A stretch of 64,000 nucleotides of DNA, from positions 41,672-105,671 of the forward strand of contig JAFXUZ010000029.1 of assembly GCA_017524725.1 (NCBI GenBank), in the 5' to 3' direction. This document shows positions 18,626-27,010 of this stretch, one piece after another. Both the position numbers and the translations under genes were made by a program. The first letter of the stretch is position 1. Each line of letters starts with the position of its first letter. The stretch comes from Clostridia bacterium. Lineage in GTDB: Bacteria > Bacillota > Clostridia > Christensenellales > Aristaeellaceae. The notes under the pieces are model-generated. The model did not search any database. It was given only the letters and a program-made list of their open reading frames with translations, and was not told where the DNA came from.

Positions 18626-18864
18626 CGCACGATGAACGGGAACGCCTTTCCGTTCCGCGAACAGAGAGCCGCCGGGTGGTGCGAGGCGGCCGCGGGAGAA
18701 AGGCCGCTCGCCCGGGAGTGGCCGCCAGGAGCGGCGGGACGCGCCCGATACAGCGCCGACGAGGGCTTTCCCTTACACCGGGAAAGAAGCAGAGTGGTAC
18801 CGCGGAACGCGCAGGTGATTACAGCCGTTTCGTCTTTGCAAAGGCAGGGGCGAAGCGGTTTTTT
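18626..18864 (+). promoter_or_regulatory. T-box riboswitch leader, probable Leu (CUC) specifier
   Basis: GATGA K-turn-like element at 18631. AG bulge AGAGAG at 18663-18668, followed by distal hairpin CCGCC-GGGTGGTGCGA-GGCGG. Stem I 3' side GAAAGGC pairs with GCCTTTC. Internal loop CG-CTC-G (CTC at 18707-18709, purine after the codon). T-box core AGAGTGGTACCGCGG at 18791-18805. Terminator GCCGTTTCGTC/GGCGAAGCGGT plus T6 ends near 18864. Confidence 0.75.
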
Positions 18865-18957
18865 ATTGCCCCGGGTTTTTCCGGCATTATCAGCGGCCGG
18901 ACATCATGGGAGGCTGTCTTTTTGCGGACCTGCCTCCCGGATCGGGAGGTAAGCGTC

Positions 18958-19749
18958 ATGGCAGCCTTTCAAATCAGATATTTTTCCAACTGCCTGCACC
19001 GTATGACGTCCTTTGAGATGCTCATCCCCAACGATTACCGCACGGATCTCGGGCAGAAGCCTCCGGCGGAGCCCATGCGCACCCTGTTCCTTCTGCACGG
19101 CTACACCGGCATGTCGGGAAACTGGGTGCCGGAGGGCCTGCCGGAGAAGTACAACTTTGCCATCGTCATGCCCACGGCGGAAAACTCCTTCTACCTGAAC
19201 GGGGCGGCTACCGGAAGCGCTTACCAGTCCATGGTGGGCGAGGAGCTGACGGATTACGTCCGCAGGACCTTCGGCCTGGTAAATAGCGCTGAAGATACCT
19301 GCATTGCGGGGCTTTCCATGGGTGGGTTCGGCGCGCTGCACACGGCCCTGGCCTATCCGGAACAGTTCGGCAGGGCGGCATGCCTGTCTTCCGCCCTCAT
19401 CGTCCACGGGATCGCCGGAATGAAGCCGGGGGAGGACAACGGCGTGGCCAATTATGAATACTACCGCGCCTGCTTCGGAGACCTGGACCGGGTGGAGGAG
19501 AGCGATGCCAACCCGGAGACGCTGGTGAAAAAGCTGAAGGCTGCCGGGAAAAAGATCCCGGACCTGTACCTGTGCTGCGGCACGGAGGATTTCCTGATCG
19601 AGCCCAACCGCGAAATGCATCGGTTCCTGGAATCGGAGAAGGTGCCGCATGAATACCACGAGGGCCCCGGGATCCATGATATGGTCTTCTGGTCCCAATG
19701 GATCGTGAAGGCCGTGGAGTGGATGTTTGGCCGGCCGCTCGGCCGCTGA
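18958..19749 (+). CDS. Esterase family protein (putative esterase/tributyrin-esterase-like alpha/beta hydrolase)
   Basis: Trimmed from ORF 18283..19749 to MAAFQIRYFS (GGGAGG RBS). LFLLHGYTG, nucleophile elbow GLSMGG, C-terminal DFL...H pattern. Confidence 0.75.
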   Translation: MAAFQIRYFSNCLHRMTSFEMLIPNDYRTDLGQKPPAEPMRTLFLLHGYTGMSGNWVPEGLPEKYNFAIVMPTAENSFYLNGAATGSAYQSMVGEELTDYVRRTFGLVNSAEDTCIAGLSMGGFGALHTALAYPEQFGRAACLSSALIVHGIAGMKPGEDNGVANYEYYRACFGDLDRVEESDANPETLVKKLKAAGKKIPDLYLCCGTEDFLIEPNREMHRFLESEKVPHEYHEGPGIHDMVFWSQWIVKAVEWMFGRPLGR

Positions 19750-19833
19750 GGCGGCGGGACGGGAAGCGTATCAGGGTATAGCAGGCCGCATTGGATAATC
19801 AACCATTTCCATCATACAAGGAGGACCCCCATC

Positions 19834-22248
19834 ATGCCTATCCAACCCTACAACCCGAAAGCGATCGAGCCCAAATGGCAGAAGATCTGGGCCGAGACCC
19901 ATGCTTTTGAGGCGGAAGCGAGCCACGCCAAACCCAAGTTTTACGGACTGATCGAGTTCCCGTATCCGTCCGGAGCCGGCCTCCACGTGGGCCATCCCCG
20001 GTCCAACACGGCCATGGACATCATCAGCCGGAAGCGGCGGATGCAGGGCTATAACGTGCTTTTCCCCATCGGCTGGGACGCCTTCGGCCTGCCGACGGAG
20101 AACTACGCCATCAAAAATCACATCCATCCGGCCCATGTGACCAGGGAAAACATCGACCATTTCCGCAAACAGCTGCAAATGCTGGGCTTCTCCTTTGATT
20201 ATACCAGGGAGGTGGACACCACCGACCCGGATTACTTTAAATGGACCCAGTGGATCTTCCTGAAGATGTTTGAGCACGGCCTGGTTTTCCGGGACAAAAC
20301 GCTGGTCAACTACTGCCCGTTCTGCAAGGTGGTGCTGTCCAACGAGGATTCCCAGGGCGGCAAGTGCGACGTCTGCCACAACGACGTGGTGCAACTGCCC
20401 AAGGACGTATGGTACCTGCGCATCACCAAGTACGCGGACCGCCTGCTGGAGGGCCTGAAGACGGTCGATTACCCGGAAAACATCGCCCAGCAGCAGATAA
20501 ACTGGATCGGCAAATCCACCGGCGCCTTTGTGCGTTTCCCCTTTGAAGGCCTGGACGAGACCATCGAGATCTATACCACCCGCCCCGATACCCTTTTCGG
20601 CGTCACTTTCATGGTCATGGCGCCGGAGCATCCGCTGATCGACAAGTACGCCGCGCGCATCGCCAACATGGACGCGGTGCGCTCCTACCGTGAGGAATGC
20701 GCCAAAAAGACCGAATTTGAGCGCACCCAGCTGGTGAAGGACAAGACCGGCCTGAAACTGGAGGGCCTGGCCGCCGTGAACCCGCTGACCGGGAAGGTGG
20801 TCCCCATCTACCTCTCCGACTACGTGATGATGGGCTATGGCACCGGCGCAATCATGGCCGTGCCCGCCCATGACCAGCGCGACTGGGAGTTCGCCCATAA
20901 GTTCGGCATCGACATCGTGCAGGTCATCAAGGGAGGGGACATCGGGAAGGAAGCCTATACCGGCGACGGCGAGATGATCAATTCCGGCTTCCTGAACGGC
21001 TATACCAACAAAAAGGATTCCATCGCCCGCGCCGTGGAAGAAGTGGAGAAACTGGGCTGCGGCCGTGCCGGCGTACAGTACAAGATGAAGGACTGGGCCT
21101 TCAACCGCCAGCGCTACTGGGGCGAGCCCATCCCGCTGGTCCACTGCCCCAGGTGCGGCGTTGTTGCCGTGCCCTATGAGGAACTGCCCCTGCGGCTGCC
21201 GGATGTGGAGAATTTCGAGCCCGGCACCGACGGCAAGAGCCCCCTGGCCAGGATCCCCGAGTTTGTGAACTGCGCCTGTCCCAAGTGCGGCGGCCCCGCC
21301 CAGCGCGAGACCGACACCATGCCCCAGTGGGCCGGCTCCAGCTGGTACTTCCTGCGTTACTGCGATCCGCACAATGACAAGGCCTTTGCCGACAGGAAGG
21401 AACTGGACTACTGGATGCCGGTGGACTGGTACAACGGCGGCATGGAGCACGTGACCCGCCACCTGCTGTACAGCCGCTTCTGGCATCAGTTCCTCTATGA
21501 CCTGGGGGAGGTATCCTGCCCCGAGCCCTATGCCAAGCGCACTGCCCAGGGCATGATCCTGGCTGCCGACGGTGAAAAGATGTCCAAGAGCCGCGGCAAC
21601 GTTATCAATCCAGACAACGTGGTGGACGAGATCGGTGCGGACGCCTTCCGCTGCTATGAGATGTTCATGGGCGCTTTCGACCAGGCGATCCCCTGGTCCA
21701 CCAACGGCGCCAAGGGCTGCCGCAAGTTCCTGGACCGTGTGTGGCGCCTGCAGGAAAACATCGTGCCCGGGAAAGCCTTCTCCCCGGCCCTGAATACCGT
21801 CATCCACGAGACCATCAAGAAGGTGTCCGAGGACATCGAGAAGATGAAGTTCAACACCGCCATCGCGGCGATGATGGCCCTGGTCAACGAGATGTGTGCC
21901 CGGCCCTCCGTTACCCAGGCGGACATGGAAGCCCTGCTGCTGATCCTCTCTCCCTTCACCCCGCATATCTGTGAGGAGATCTGGCAGAACCTGGGCCACT
22001 CCGATCCCATCCATCACCAGCCCTGGCCCGAATGGGACGAAAAGGCCCTTGTCAGGAGCGAGGTGGAGATTGCGGTGCAGGTCAACGGCAAGGTCCGCGG
22101 CCACATCATGGTGCCCGCGGACCTGACCAAAGCGGACGCCGAGCGGGACCTGCCCTCCAACCCCGAGGTGCAGCGCTACACCGCGGGCAAGACCGTCGTA
22201 AAGGTGGTCTTTGTCCCCGGGCGCCTGCTGAACATCGTGGTCAGGTAA
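19834..22248 (+). CDS. leuS: Leucine--tRNA ligase
   Basis: 804 aa. HIGH-type motif (AGLHVGHP), KMSKS present verbatim, and typical LeuS N-terminus (YNPKAIEPKWQKIW). Confidence 0.95.
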   Translation: MPIQPYNPKAIEPKWQKIWAETHAFEAEASHAKPKFYGLIEFPYPSGAGLHVGHPRSNTAMDIISRKRRMQGYNVLFPIGWDAFGLPTENYAIKNHIHPAHVTRENIDHFRKQLQMLGFSFDYTREVDTTDPDYFKWTQWIFLKMFEHGLVFRDKTLVNYCPFCKVVLSNEDSQGGKCDVCHNDVVQLPKDVWYLRITKYADRLLEGLKTVDYPENIAQQQINWIGKSTGAFVRFPFEGLDETIEIYTTRPDTLFGVTFMVMAPEHPLIDKYAARIANMDAVRSYREECAKKTEFERTQLVKDKTGLKLEGLAAVNPLTGKVVPIYLSDYVMMGYGTGAIMAVPAHDQRDWEFAHKFGIDIVQVIKGGDIGKEAYTGDGEMINSGFLNGYTNKKDSIARAVEEVEKLGCGRAGVQYKMKDWAFNRQRYWGEPIPLVHCPRCGVVAVPYEELPLRLPDVENFEPGTDGKSPLARIPEFVNCACPKCGGPAQRETDTMPQWAGSSWYFLRYCDPHNDKAFADRKELDYWMPVDWYNGGMEHVTRHLLYSRFWHQFLYDLGEVSCPEPYAKRTAQGMILAADGEKMSKSRGNVINPDNVVDEIGADAFRCYEMFMGAFDQAIPWSTNGAKGCRKFLDRVWRLQENIVPGKAFSPALNTVIHETIKKVSEDIEKMKFNTAIAAMMALVNEMCARPSVTQADMEALLLILSPFTPHICEEIWQNLGHSDPIHHQPWPEWDEKALVRSEVEIAVQVNGKVRGHIMVPADLTKADAERDLPSNPEVQRYTAGKTVVKVVFVPGRLLNIVVR

Positions 22249-22253
22249 ACCCA

Positions 22254-22309
22254 TAAAAAAGCAGAGACAGACGCCGTGCGCCGTCTGCCTCTGTTTTTTT
22301 TGAGATCCC
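22254..22309. terminator. Bidirectional rho-independent terminator between leuS and cca
   Basis: A6 - GCAGAGACAGACG - ccgtgcg - CGTCTGCCTCTG - T8. The flanking A and T runs serve both convergent genes. Confidence 0.7.
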
Positions 22310-22328
22310 CGTGTACCTGATACGGAAT

Positions 22329-23729
22329 TCAGGGGGCGTTTTTTCCGCCGCCGTCACCGCCGCCGTTTCCAGGGGGCCCGAAGGCGGTCGTCATCCTTTC
22401 GTAATGGGCTTTGGCGGCCTGCATCAGAAGGTCGCGGTCGTTGGGCACGTGGAAGCGTACCACCGCTTCCAGCAGGTAATGGAGCATTTCACCCACAGCC
22501 GGCCCGGAGATGCCCAGGGCCAGCATATCCCTGCCGCTGACGGCCAGCTGCTCCAGGTTCCAGCAGTCCCCGTCGCGTTCGATCCGGTCGAGCTCATCGA
22601 GGAGGGCGTTGGTCCACCGGGCCCTGCGGGCAACCATCGGGCTGTGGGCCCCCTGGTCCGCCATGTGCAGAAGGCACAGGTCCCGGGCGTTGTCAAGCCC
22701 GATGCGGGACGCGAGCAGCAGCATGTCCCCGGGGGAAAAGCGCTCGTCGTGGCGCAGTACCAGCATGTGGATGCGGGAACGCCAGGAGGAGGGCATGTTC
22801 AGGGCCGCGCAGATCCTGTCCGCCAGCATTGCGCCTTTGGCCGGATGGCCGTAAAAGTGGTCCACGCCGTCCGCGTCCCGGGTGTGGGTCTCGGGCTTGC
22901 CGCAGTCGTGCAGAAGGGCCGCCCAACGGACCACGGGATCCGGGGGAGACAGGTCCACGGTGCGCAGGCTGTGCTCCCATACGTCCCAGGAATGGTATAT
23001 GCATTCCTGGGGACAGCCCTTCATGGGTTTCAGTTCCGGGAGGGCCTCCAGGAGAACGCCGCCGTAATTCAGGGCGGCGTCGAGGAAAAAGGGGGAAACC
23101 AGCATGCCGGTGATCTCGTCGCATATCCTTTCCCGGCTGAGCATGGCCACCCGTTCCTTTTTTTCTTCCAGGGCGCGGGCGGTGGATCCCTCCAGGGAAA
23201 AGCCCAGGCGGGCCGCGAAACGGACGGCGCGGAGCATCCGGAGGGCGTCTTCCTCAAAGCGGCGGGCCGCATTGCCCACGCAGCGGATCAGTTTGCTTTC
23301 GATGTCCCTGAGCCCGTTGAAGGGATCCCTGAGACCCACGCCGTATTCCCAGGCCATGGCGTTGACGGTGAAATCCCGCCGGGCCAGATCCTCGGTGAGC
23401 TCAGTTGTAAAGCGTACGCCCTCCGGGTGCCTGCCGTCCAGGTAATCCCCGTCGGTGCGGAAGGTGGTGATCTCCACTTCCATGCCGTCCCTGACCAGGG
23501 TCAGCGTGCCCAGGCGGATGCCGGTCTCCTTCAGGGTATCGTTTGCAAATACCTTCTTCATTTCCTCCGGCAGGGCGGAGGTCGTCAGGTCGAAATCGTG
23601 GGGCTGCGCGCCAAGCAGCGTGTCCCGGACGCATCCGCCCACGGCGGCGGCCCGGAATCCGGCGGCGTTCAGGCGCTCCATCGCGTACATGACCGCGTCG
23701 GGGAAATGCATCTGAAGCGTTTCCGTCAT
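22329..23729 (-). CDS. cca: CCA-adding tRNA nucleotidyltransferase with HD domain
   Basis: Trimmed from ORF 22329..24293 to MTETLQMHFPD (GGAGGG RBS). GGCVRD...DFDL nucleotidyltransferase motif, RDFTVNAMA, and a C-terminal HD region (LLHDCGKP). Confidence 0.85.
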   Translation of the reverse strand: MTETLQMHFPDAVMYAMERLNAAGFRAAAVGGCVRDTLLGAQPHDFDLTTSALPEEMKKVFANDTLKETGIRLGTLTLVRDGMEVEITTFRTDGDYLDGRHPEGVRFTTELTEDLARRDFTVNAMAWEYGVGLRDPFNGLRDIESKLIRCVGNAARRFEEDALRMLRAVRFAARLGFSLEGSTARALEEKKERVAMLSRERICDEITGMLVSPFFLDAALNYGGVLLEALPELKPMKGCPQECIYHSWDVWEHSLRTVDLSPPDPVVRWAALLHDCGKPETHTRDADGVDHFYGHPAKGAMLADRICAALNMPSSWRSRIHMLVLRHDERFSPGDMLLLASRIGLDNARDLCLLHMADQGAHSPMVARRARWTNALLDELDRIERDGDCWNLEQLAVSGRDMLALGISGPAVGEMLHYLLEAVVRFHVPNDRDLLMQAAKAHYERMTTAFGPPGNGGGDGGGKNAP

Positions 23730-23864
23730 AAATATCCCTCCTGCTTCGGCTTTATGATAGCGAAAATACACCGCGATGTCAATGAAAGCGATACGGCAAA
23801 AGCCTTGCCCCACGGCAAAGCGCCGTGATAAAATGATCGTGACAATCTTTCGGGAGGGAAAAGG

Positions 23865-24371
23865 ATGGACGCGCTGGAGAAGGTCGTCAGGGCAAGGGAA
23901 ATCCTCAGGGACGTCACGCCCCTGAAATCGGACTGCGGGCGTATCTGCGGCCGCGCCTGCTGCGGGCAGGATGAAAACGGCAAGGGCGGCATGCTGCTTT
24001 TCCCCGGTGAGGAAGCGCTGTATCAAAACAATGCGGATTTCACTGTCCTTAGGGACGAAAGCGTTATCCCGGACGGAGCCATCGTCACATGCTCCGGACG
24101 CTGCGACAGGAATGAGAGGCCCCTTTCCTGCAGGTTTTTTCCCCTCCGGCCCACAGCCGGGGGAAAAGCGGTGATGGACCGCCGCGCCTCCTGGGTGTGC
24201 CCGCTGTACGAGGCCGGGAAAGCGGGCCTGTCGCCGGGGTTCGTTTCGGCGGCCGGTGAAGCGGCACTGGTGCTGGCGGAGAGCGAAGAGCATGTACGGT
24301 TCCTTACCGCCCTTAGGGAGCGCATCCTGTATGAGACCCGGGAGGAAATGTTATGGGGGACGGAAAAATGA
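23865..24371 (+). CDS. CxxCxxCC (YkgJ-like) putative zinc/iron-chelating domain protein
   Basis: 168 aa with CGRICGRACC near the N-terminus and further Cys clusters (CSGRCD, CRFFP). Its stop overlaps the next start (ATGA at 24368-24371). Confidence 0.5.
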   Translation: MDALEKVVRAREILRDVTPLKSDCGRICGRACCGQDENGKGGMLLFPGEEALYQNNADFTVLRDESVIPDGAIVTCSGRCDRNERPLSCRFFPLRPTAGGKAVMDRRASWVCPLYEAGKAGLSPGFVSAAGEAALVLAESEEHVRFLTALRERILYETREEMLWGTEK

Positions 24372-25573
24372 GGTTTATCCAGGTGCCCTCCCACAGGGAG
24401 CGGATCCCCGGAGGAAAAGTCGGGGGCAGGATCATTCTGGCGGACGGAACGGAGCCGCTTTGGGAATACGCAGGCACGGTGAAATGCGTTTACATCGACC
24501 CGCCCTTCAATACCGGCGGATCCTTTGTGATGCGCCAGAAGGTGGGGGAGAAGGACTGGGCCGGGGACAAAAGCTCCCTGACGGTGCCGGCTTATTCGGA
24601 CAGGAACGAAAGCCGGGGGGCGTATCACGCCTTCCTCCGGTCGCTGATCTACAGCGCCTGGACGCTGCTGGACGAACGGGGCGTGTTTTTCCTGCACCTG
24701 GACCCGCGGGAGAGCGCCTGGGCGAGGATCCTGTGCGACCAGGTTTTCGGCGAGGATCATTTTGTCAACGAGATCATCTGGTCCTACCAGAGCGGCGGCA
24801 GGACCACGAAGCGCTTCCCGACCAAGCACGACACCATTCTTTTTTACCGCAAGGGCAGGGACATGCGTTTCGACCTGAAGGCCGTGCCGATCAAGCGGGA
24901 GGACAACCGCAAAAACCATATGCGCCGCCTGGTGGATGAAAACGGCCGGACGTACAGGACCATCGTCTCGGGCGGGAAGATCTACACTTATTATGACGAC
25001 GACCCTGTGTATCCCGGCGACGTGTGGACCGACATATCCCACCTGCAGCAAAAGGACCCGCGGCGCACCGGCTACGACACCCAGAAGCCTCCGGCGCTGC
25101 TTGAGCGGGTGCTGCTGCCGGTGACCCTGCCCGGGGAAACGGTTGCGGACCTGTGCTGCGGCAGCGGTTCAACCGGGGCGGCCGCGGCGGCCCTGGACAG
25201 GCCTTTCCTGATGACCGATATATCCCCCCTGGCGGTTTTGACGGCCCGGCGCAGGCTGGTCGACTGCGACCTGACGGTGGACCTGCCCTCCGTCACGGAC
25301 GGCGGGGACCTGGAGTGCGAATGTGGCCGGGAGGGGGACAGCCTGACCTTCACCCTGAAAAGCTATGGCAAAGGCGGTCTGGACGAGGCCGACACCTGGG
25401 CCGTGGGCGAGATAAGGGACGGTGTGTTCACGGTTTCGGCCCTCAGCCGCCGCACCCGCAAAACCCCGGCCCTGGCCGAATCCCTCACCATGCCCGCAAG
25501 CCCATACGCCGCGGTAGAGATCACCGACGTGTACGGGAAAAGGAGCGTTTGGGCGGCGGAGAGCGAAAAATGA
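24368..25573 (+). CDS. Site-specific DNA methyltransferase (N6/N4 family, beta-class motif order), orphan
   Basis: Start taken at the ATG at 24368 (MRFIQ) overlapping the upstream stop. Catalytic motif IV VYIDPPFNTG comes first, then TQKP, then the SAM motif LCCGSGSTG near the C-terminal third. About 110-aa C-terminal extension. No nuclease gene on either side. Confidence 0.8.
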   Translation: MRFIQVPSHRERIPGGKVGGRIILADGTEPLWEYAGTVKCVYIDPPFNTGGSFVMRQKVGEKDWAGDKSSLTVPAYSDRNESRGAYHAFLRSLIYSAWTLLDERGVFFLHLDPRESAWARILCDQVFGEDHFVNEIIWSYQSGGRTTKRFPTKHDTILFYRKGRDMRFDLKAVPIKREDNRKNHMRRLVDENGRTYRTIVSGGKIYTYYDDDPVYPGDVWTDISHLQQKDPRRTGYDTQKPPALLERVLLPVTLPGETVADLCCGSGSTGAAAAALDRPFLMTDISPLAVLTARRRLVDCDLTVDLPSVTDGGDLECECGREGDSLTFTLKSYGKGGLDEADTWAVGEIRDGVFTVSALSRRTRKTPALAESLTMPASPYAAVEITDVYGKRSVWAAESEK

Positions 25574-25665
25574 AGAGTGAAGAGTGAAGAGTGGAGAGTG
25601 AAGAGCGGAGAGTGAAGAGTGGAGAGTGAAGAGTGGAGAGTGAAGAGTGGAGAGTGAAGAGTGGA
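25571..25665. repeat. Tandem heptanucleotide array (TGRAGAG, equivalently GTGRAGA), 13 units plus a partial
   Basis: Direct reading gives 13 contiguous 7-nt units from 25571 to 25661, alternating GAAGAG/GGAGAG types with one CGGAGAG variant. The first unit contains the methyltransferase stop codon. The array ends in GTGGATCTTTGGATTAC. Confidence 0.9.
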
Positions 25666-25765
25666 TCTTTGGATTACCTGGTCCGCCGGCTGCGGTGTTC
25701 CGGGGTGCGGCGATCGGCAATGAATGGCGGCCCGGGGGCCGCCGCCGAGGGCAAAACGCAGGAGT

Positions 25766-25810
25766 CGCAAAAAACAAAGAGCGGAGAACGGCTCTGTTTC
25801 CGTTCTCCGC
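25766..25810 (-). terminator. Rho-independent terminator (minus-strand sense) between the two heptamer arrays
   Basis: GCGGAGAACGG-8 nt-CCGTTCTCCGC (11-bp stem). On the minus strand it is followed by TCTTTGTTTTTTG. No U-run on the plus strand. Confidence 0.6.
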
Positions 25811-25821
25811 AATCAAAGTAA

Positions 25822-25934
25822 TCTTACTCTCCACTCTCCACTCTTTCCGTTCCCCGTAATCAGAGTAATCTTACTCTTCACTCTCCACTCTTCACTCTTC
25901 ACTCTGTAATATCACTCTCCACTCTGTAATCTCC
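25822..25934. repeat. Inverted-orientation heptamer array (TCTYCAC units) punctuated by GTAAT motifs
   Basis: TCTCCAC/TCTTCAC units (reverse complement of GTGRAGA) at 25828-25841, 25875-25902 and 25916-25922, plus degenerate units. They are interrupted by GTAATC/GTAATA motifs that mirror GATTAC at the end of the left array. Confidence 0.8.
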
Positions 25935-25937
25935 TGT

Positions 25938-26954
25938 TCAGCAGTCGATATCGTTGAATTCCCTTAAGTTTTCCTCCCCGGGCGTCAGTTCCCCTTTTTC
26001 AATGCGCCGGATCACCTCGACGATGCGGTCGTTGACCGGGGTGGGGGTGTTTGTGCGGTCACCCTCCCGGCACAGAGCGCCGTTGATGGCCTCGATCTCG
26101 CATTTTTTGCCCTTTTTGATATCCTGCAGCATGCTGGGCTCGATGGCGGCGTGCTTGCGGATGGCCAGGGGGAGGATCTTAAGGGCCAGGGCTTTTTTGA
26201 AGGCGGTTTTATAATAAAGCAGTGCTTCGATGTCCTTGCCCTGGACTTTGGCGAAGGAGACCCCCGCGGCGCGGCCGGCCTCGATGCATTCCTGTATGGC
26301 CTGGAGGGTGAGGCGGCAGCATCTTTTGCCGCGCACGCAGTCCCCGAAGGTGCCGCCGATGACCGTTCCCATGCCGGAGAAAGCGGCGTTGATCAGCAGT
26401 TTGGACCAGCGGGTGCCGGCCAGGTCGTGGACCTCGTCCACCGGGCACATGGTCTCCAGCACGTTCCTGACGTCGTCGCAGCGCCGGTCCCAATGGCCGT
26501 CCCAGGGTCCCAGGCCGAAGGTCATGGAGGACGCGCTGCTTGTCAGGCGGGAAACTCCGTCCTCCACCAGGGTGGCGCCCCAGGCGACGGTGCAGCCCAG
26601 CACACGGCTCTGGCCCAGGATGTCCGCCAGTTCCTTTTCGGGCAGTCCGTTCTGCATGGTGCACAGAACGCCGTTTTCACCGAGCCGTGATTTTAAAAAC
26701 TGGGCGCTCCGGGCGTTGTCCAATTGTTTTGTTATCAGGAAGATCACGTCGTAGACTCCGTCCATTTCCCGGGGCAGGACGGCGCGGACGGGGACCGTCA
26801 TCTCCACGTTCCCGATCACCCTGGCGCCCTTTTCGTTGAGGACGTCCACCATCTCCTGCCGGTGGTGGACCAGGGTGATGTCGACGCCTGCCTTGGAAAG
26901 ATAAGCGCCCAGGACGATACCCAGGGAGCCGGCGCCGTAGATCGCAGTGCGCAT
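25938..26954 (-). CDS. 2-dehydropantoate 2-reductase family protein (PanE/ApbA-like)
   Basis: Trimmed from ORF 25938..27179 to MRTAIYGAGSLGIVLGAYL (Rossmann GxGxxG; GGAGG RBS). About 338 aa, the typical length and pattern for ketopantoate reductase-like proteins. Confidence 0.7.
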   Translation of the reverse strand: MRTAIYGAGSLGIVLGAYLSKAGVDITLVHHRQEMVDVLNEKGARVIGNVEMTVPVRAVLPREMDGVYDVIFLITKQLDNARSAQFLKSRLGENGVLCTMQNGLPEKELADILGQSRVLGCTVAWGATLVEDGVSRLTSSASSMTFGLGPWDGHWDRRCDDVRNVLETMCPVDEVHDLAGTRWSKLLINAAFSGMGTVIGGTFGDCVRGKRCCRLTLQAIQECIEAGRAAGVSFAKVQGKDIEALLYYKTAFKKALALKILPLAIRKHAAIEPSMLQDIKKGKKCEIEAINGALCREGDRTNTPTPVNDRIVEVIRRIEKGELTPGEENLREFNDIDC

Positions 26955-27010
26955 TGAAACCTCCTGAGATGAGGGCCGGATCGTAAAGGCGGCCCTCTGT
27001 GATGAAGTGA

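Noticed and set aside
18283-18957. N-terminal 225 aa of the 488-aa ORF 18283..19749
   Set aside because: This part runs through the promoter and the T-box leader, is Arg/Gly/Pro-rich, and has no RBS. The esterase homology begins at MAAFQ (18958), which has a GGGAGG RBS.
19771-22254. 827-aa minus-strand ORF opposite leuS
   Set aside because: leuS is certain (HIGH and KMSKS motifs), so the antisense ORF is a shadow frame.
23730-24293. N-terminal 188 aa of the 654-aa ORF 22329..24293
   Set aside because: It overlaps the divergent CxxCxxCC gene and the intergenic promoter region. The CCA-enzyme homology and a strong RBS begin at 23729.
25169-25859. ORFs crossing the heptamer arrays (25169..25834, 25363..25812, 25633..25821, 25647..25859, 25724..25909)
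   Set aside because: Their products are translations of a 7-nt repeat (HSPLFTLHSSLS... or ESEEWRVKS...), so the frame meaning rotates every unit. There is no RBS. The region behaves as non-coding repeat DNA.
25571-25935. Possibility that the repeat region is a CRISPR array
   Set aside because: The units are 7 nt and contiguous with no spacers, there are no 24-48-nt direct repeats, and no cas genes are in the window.
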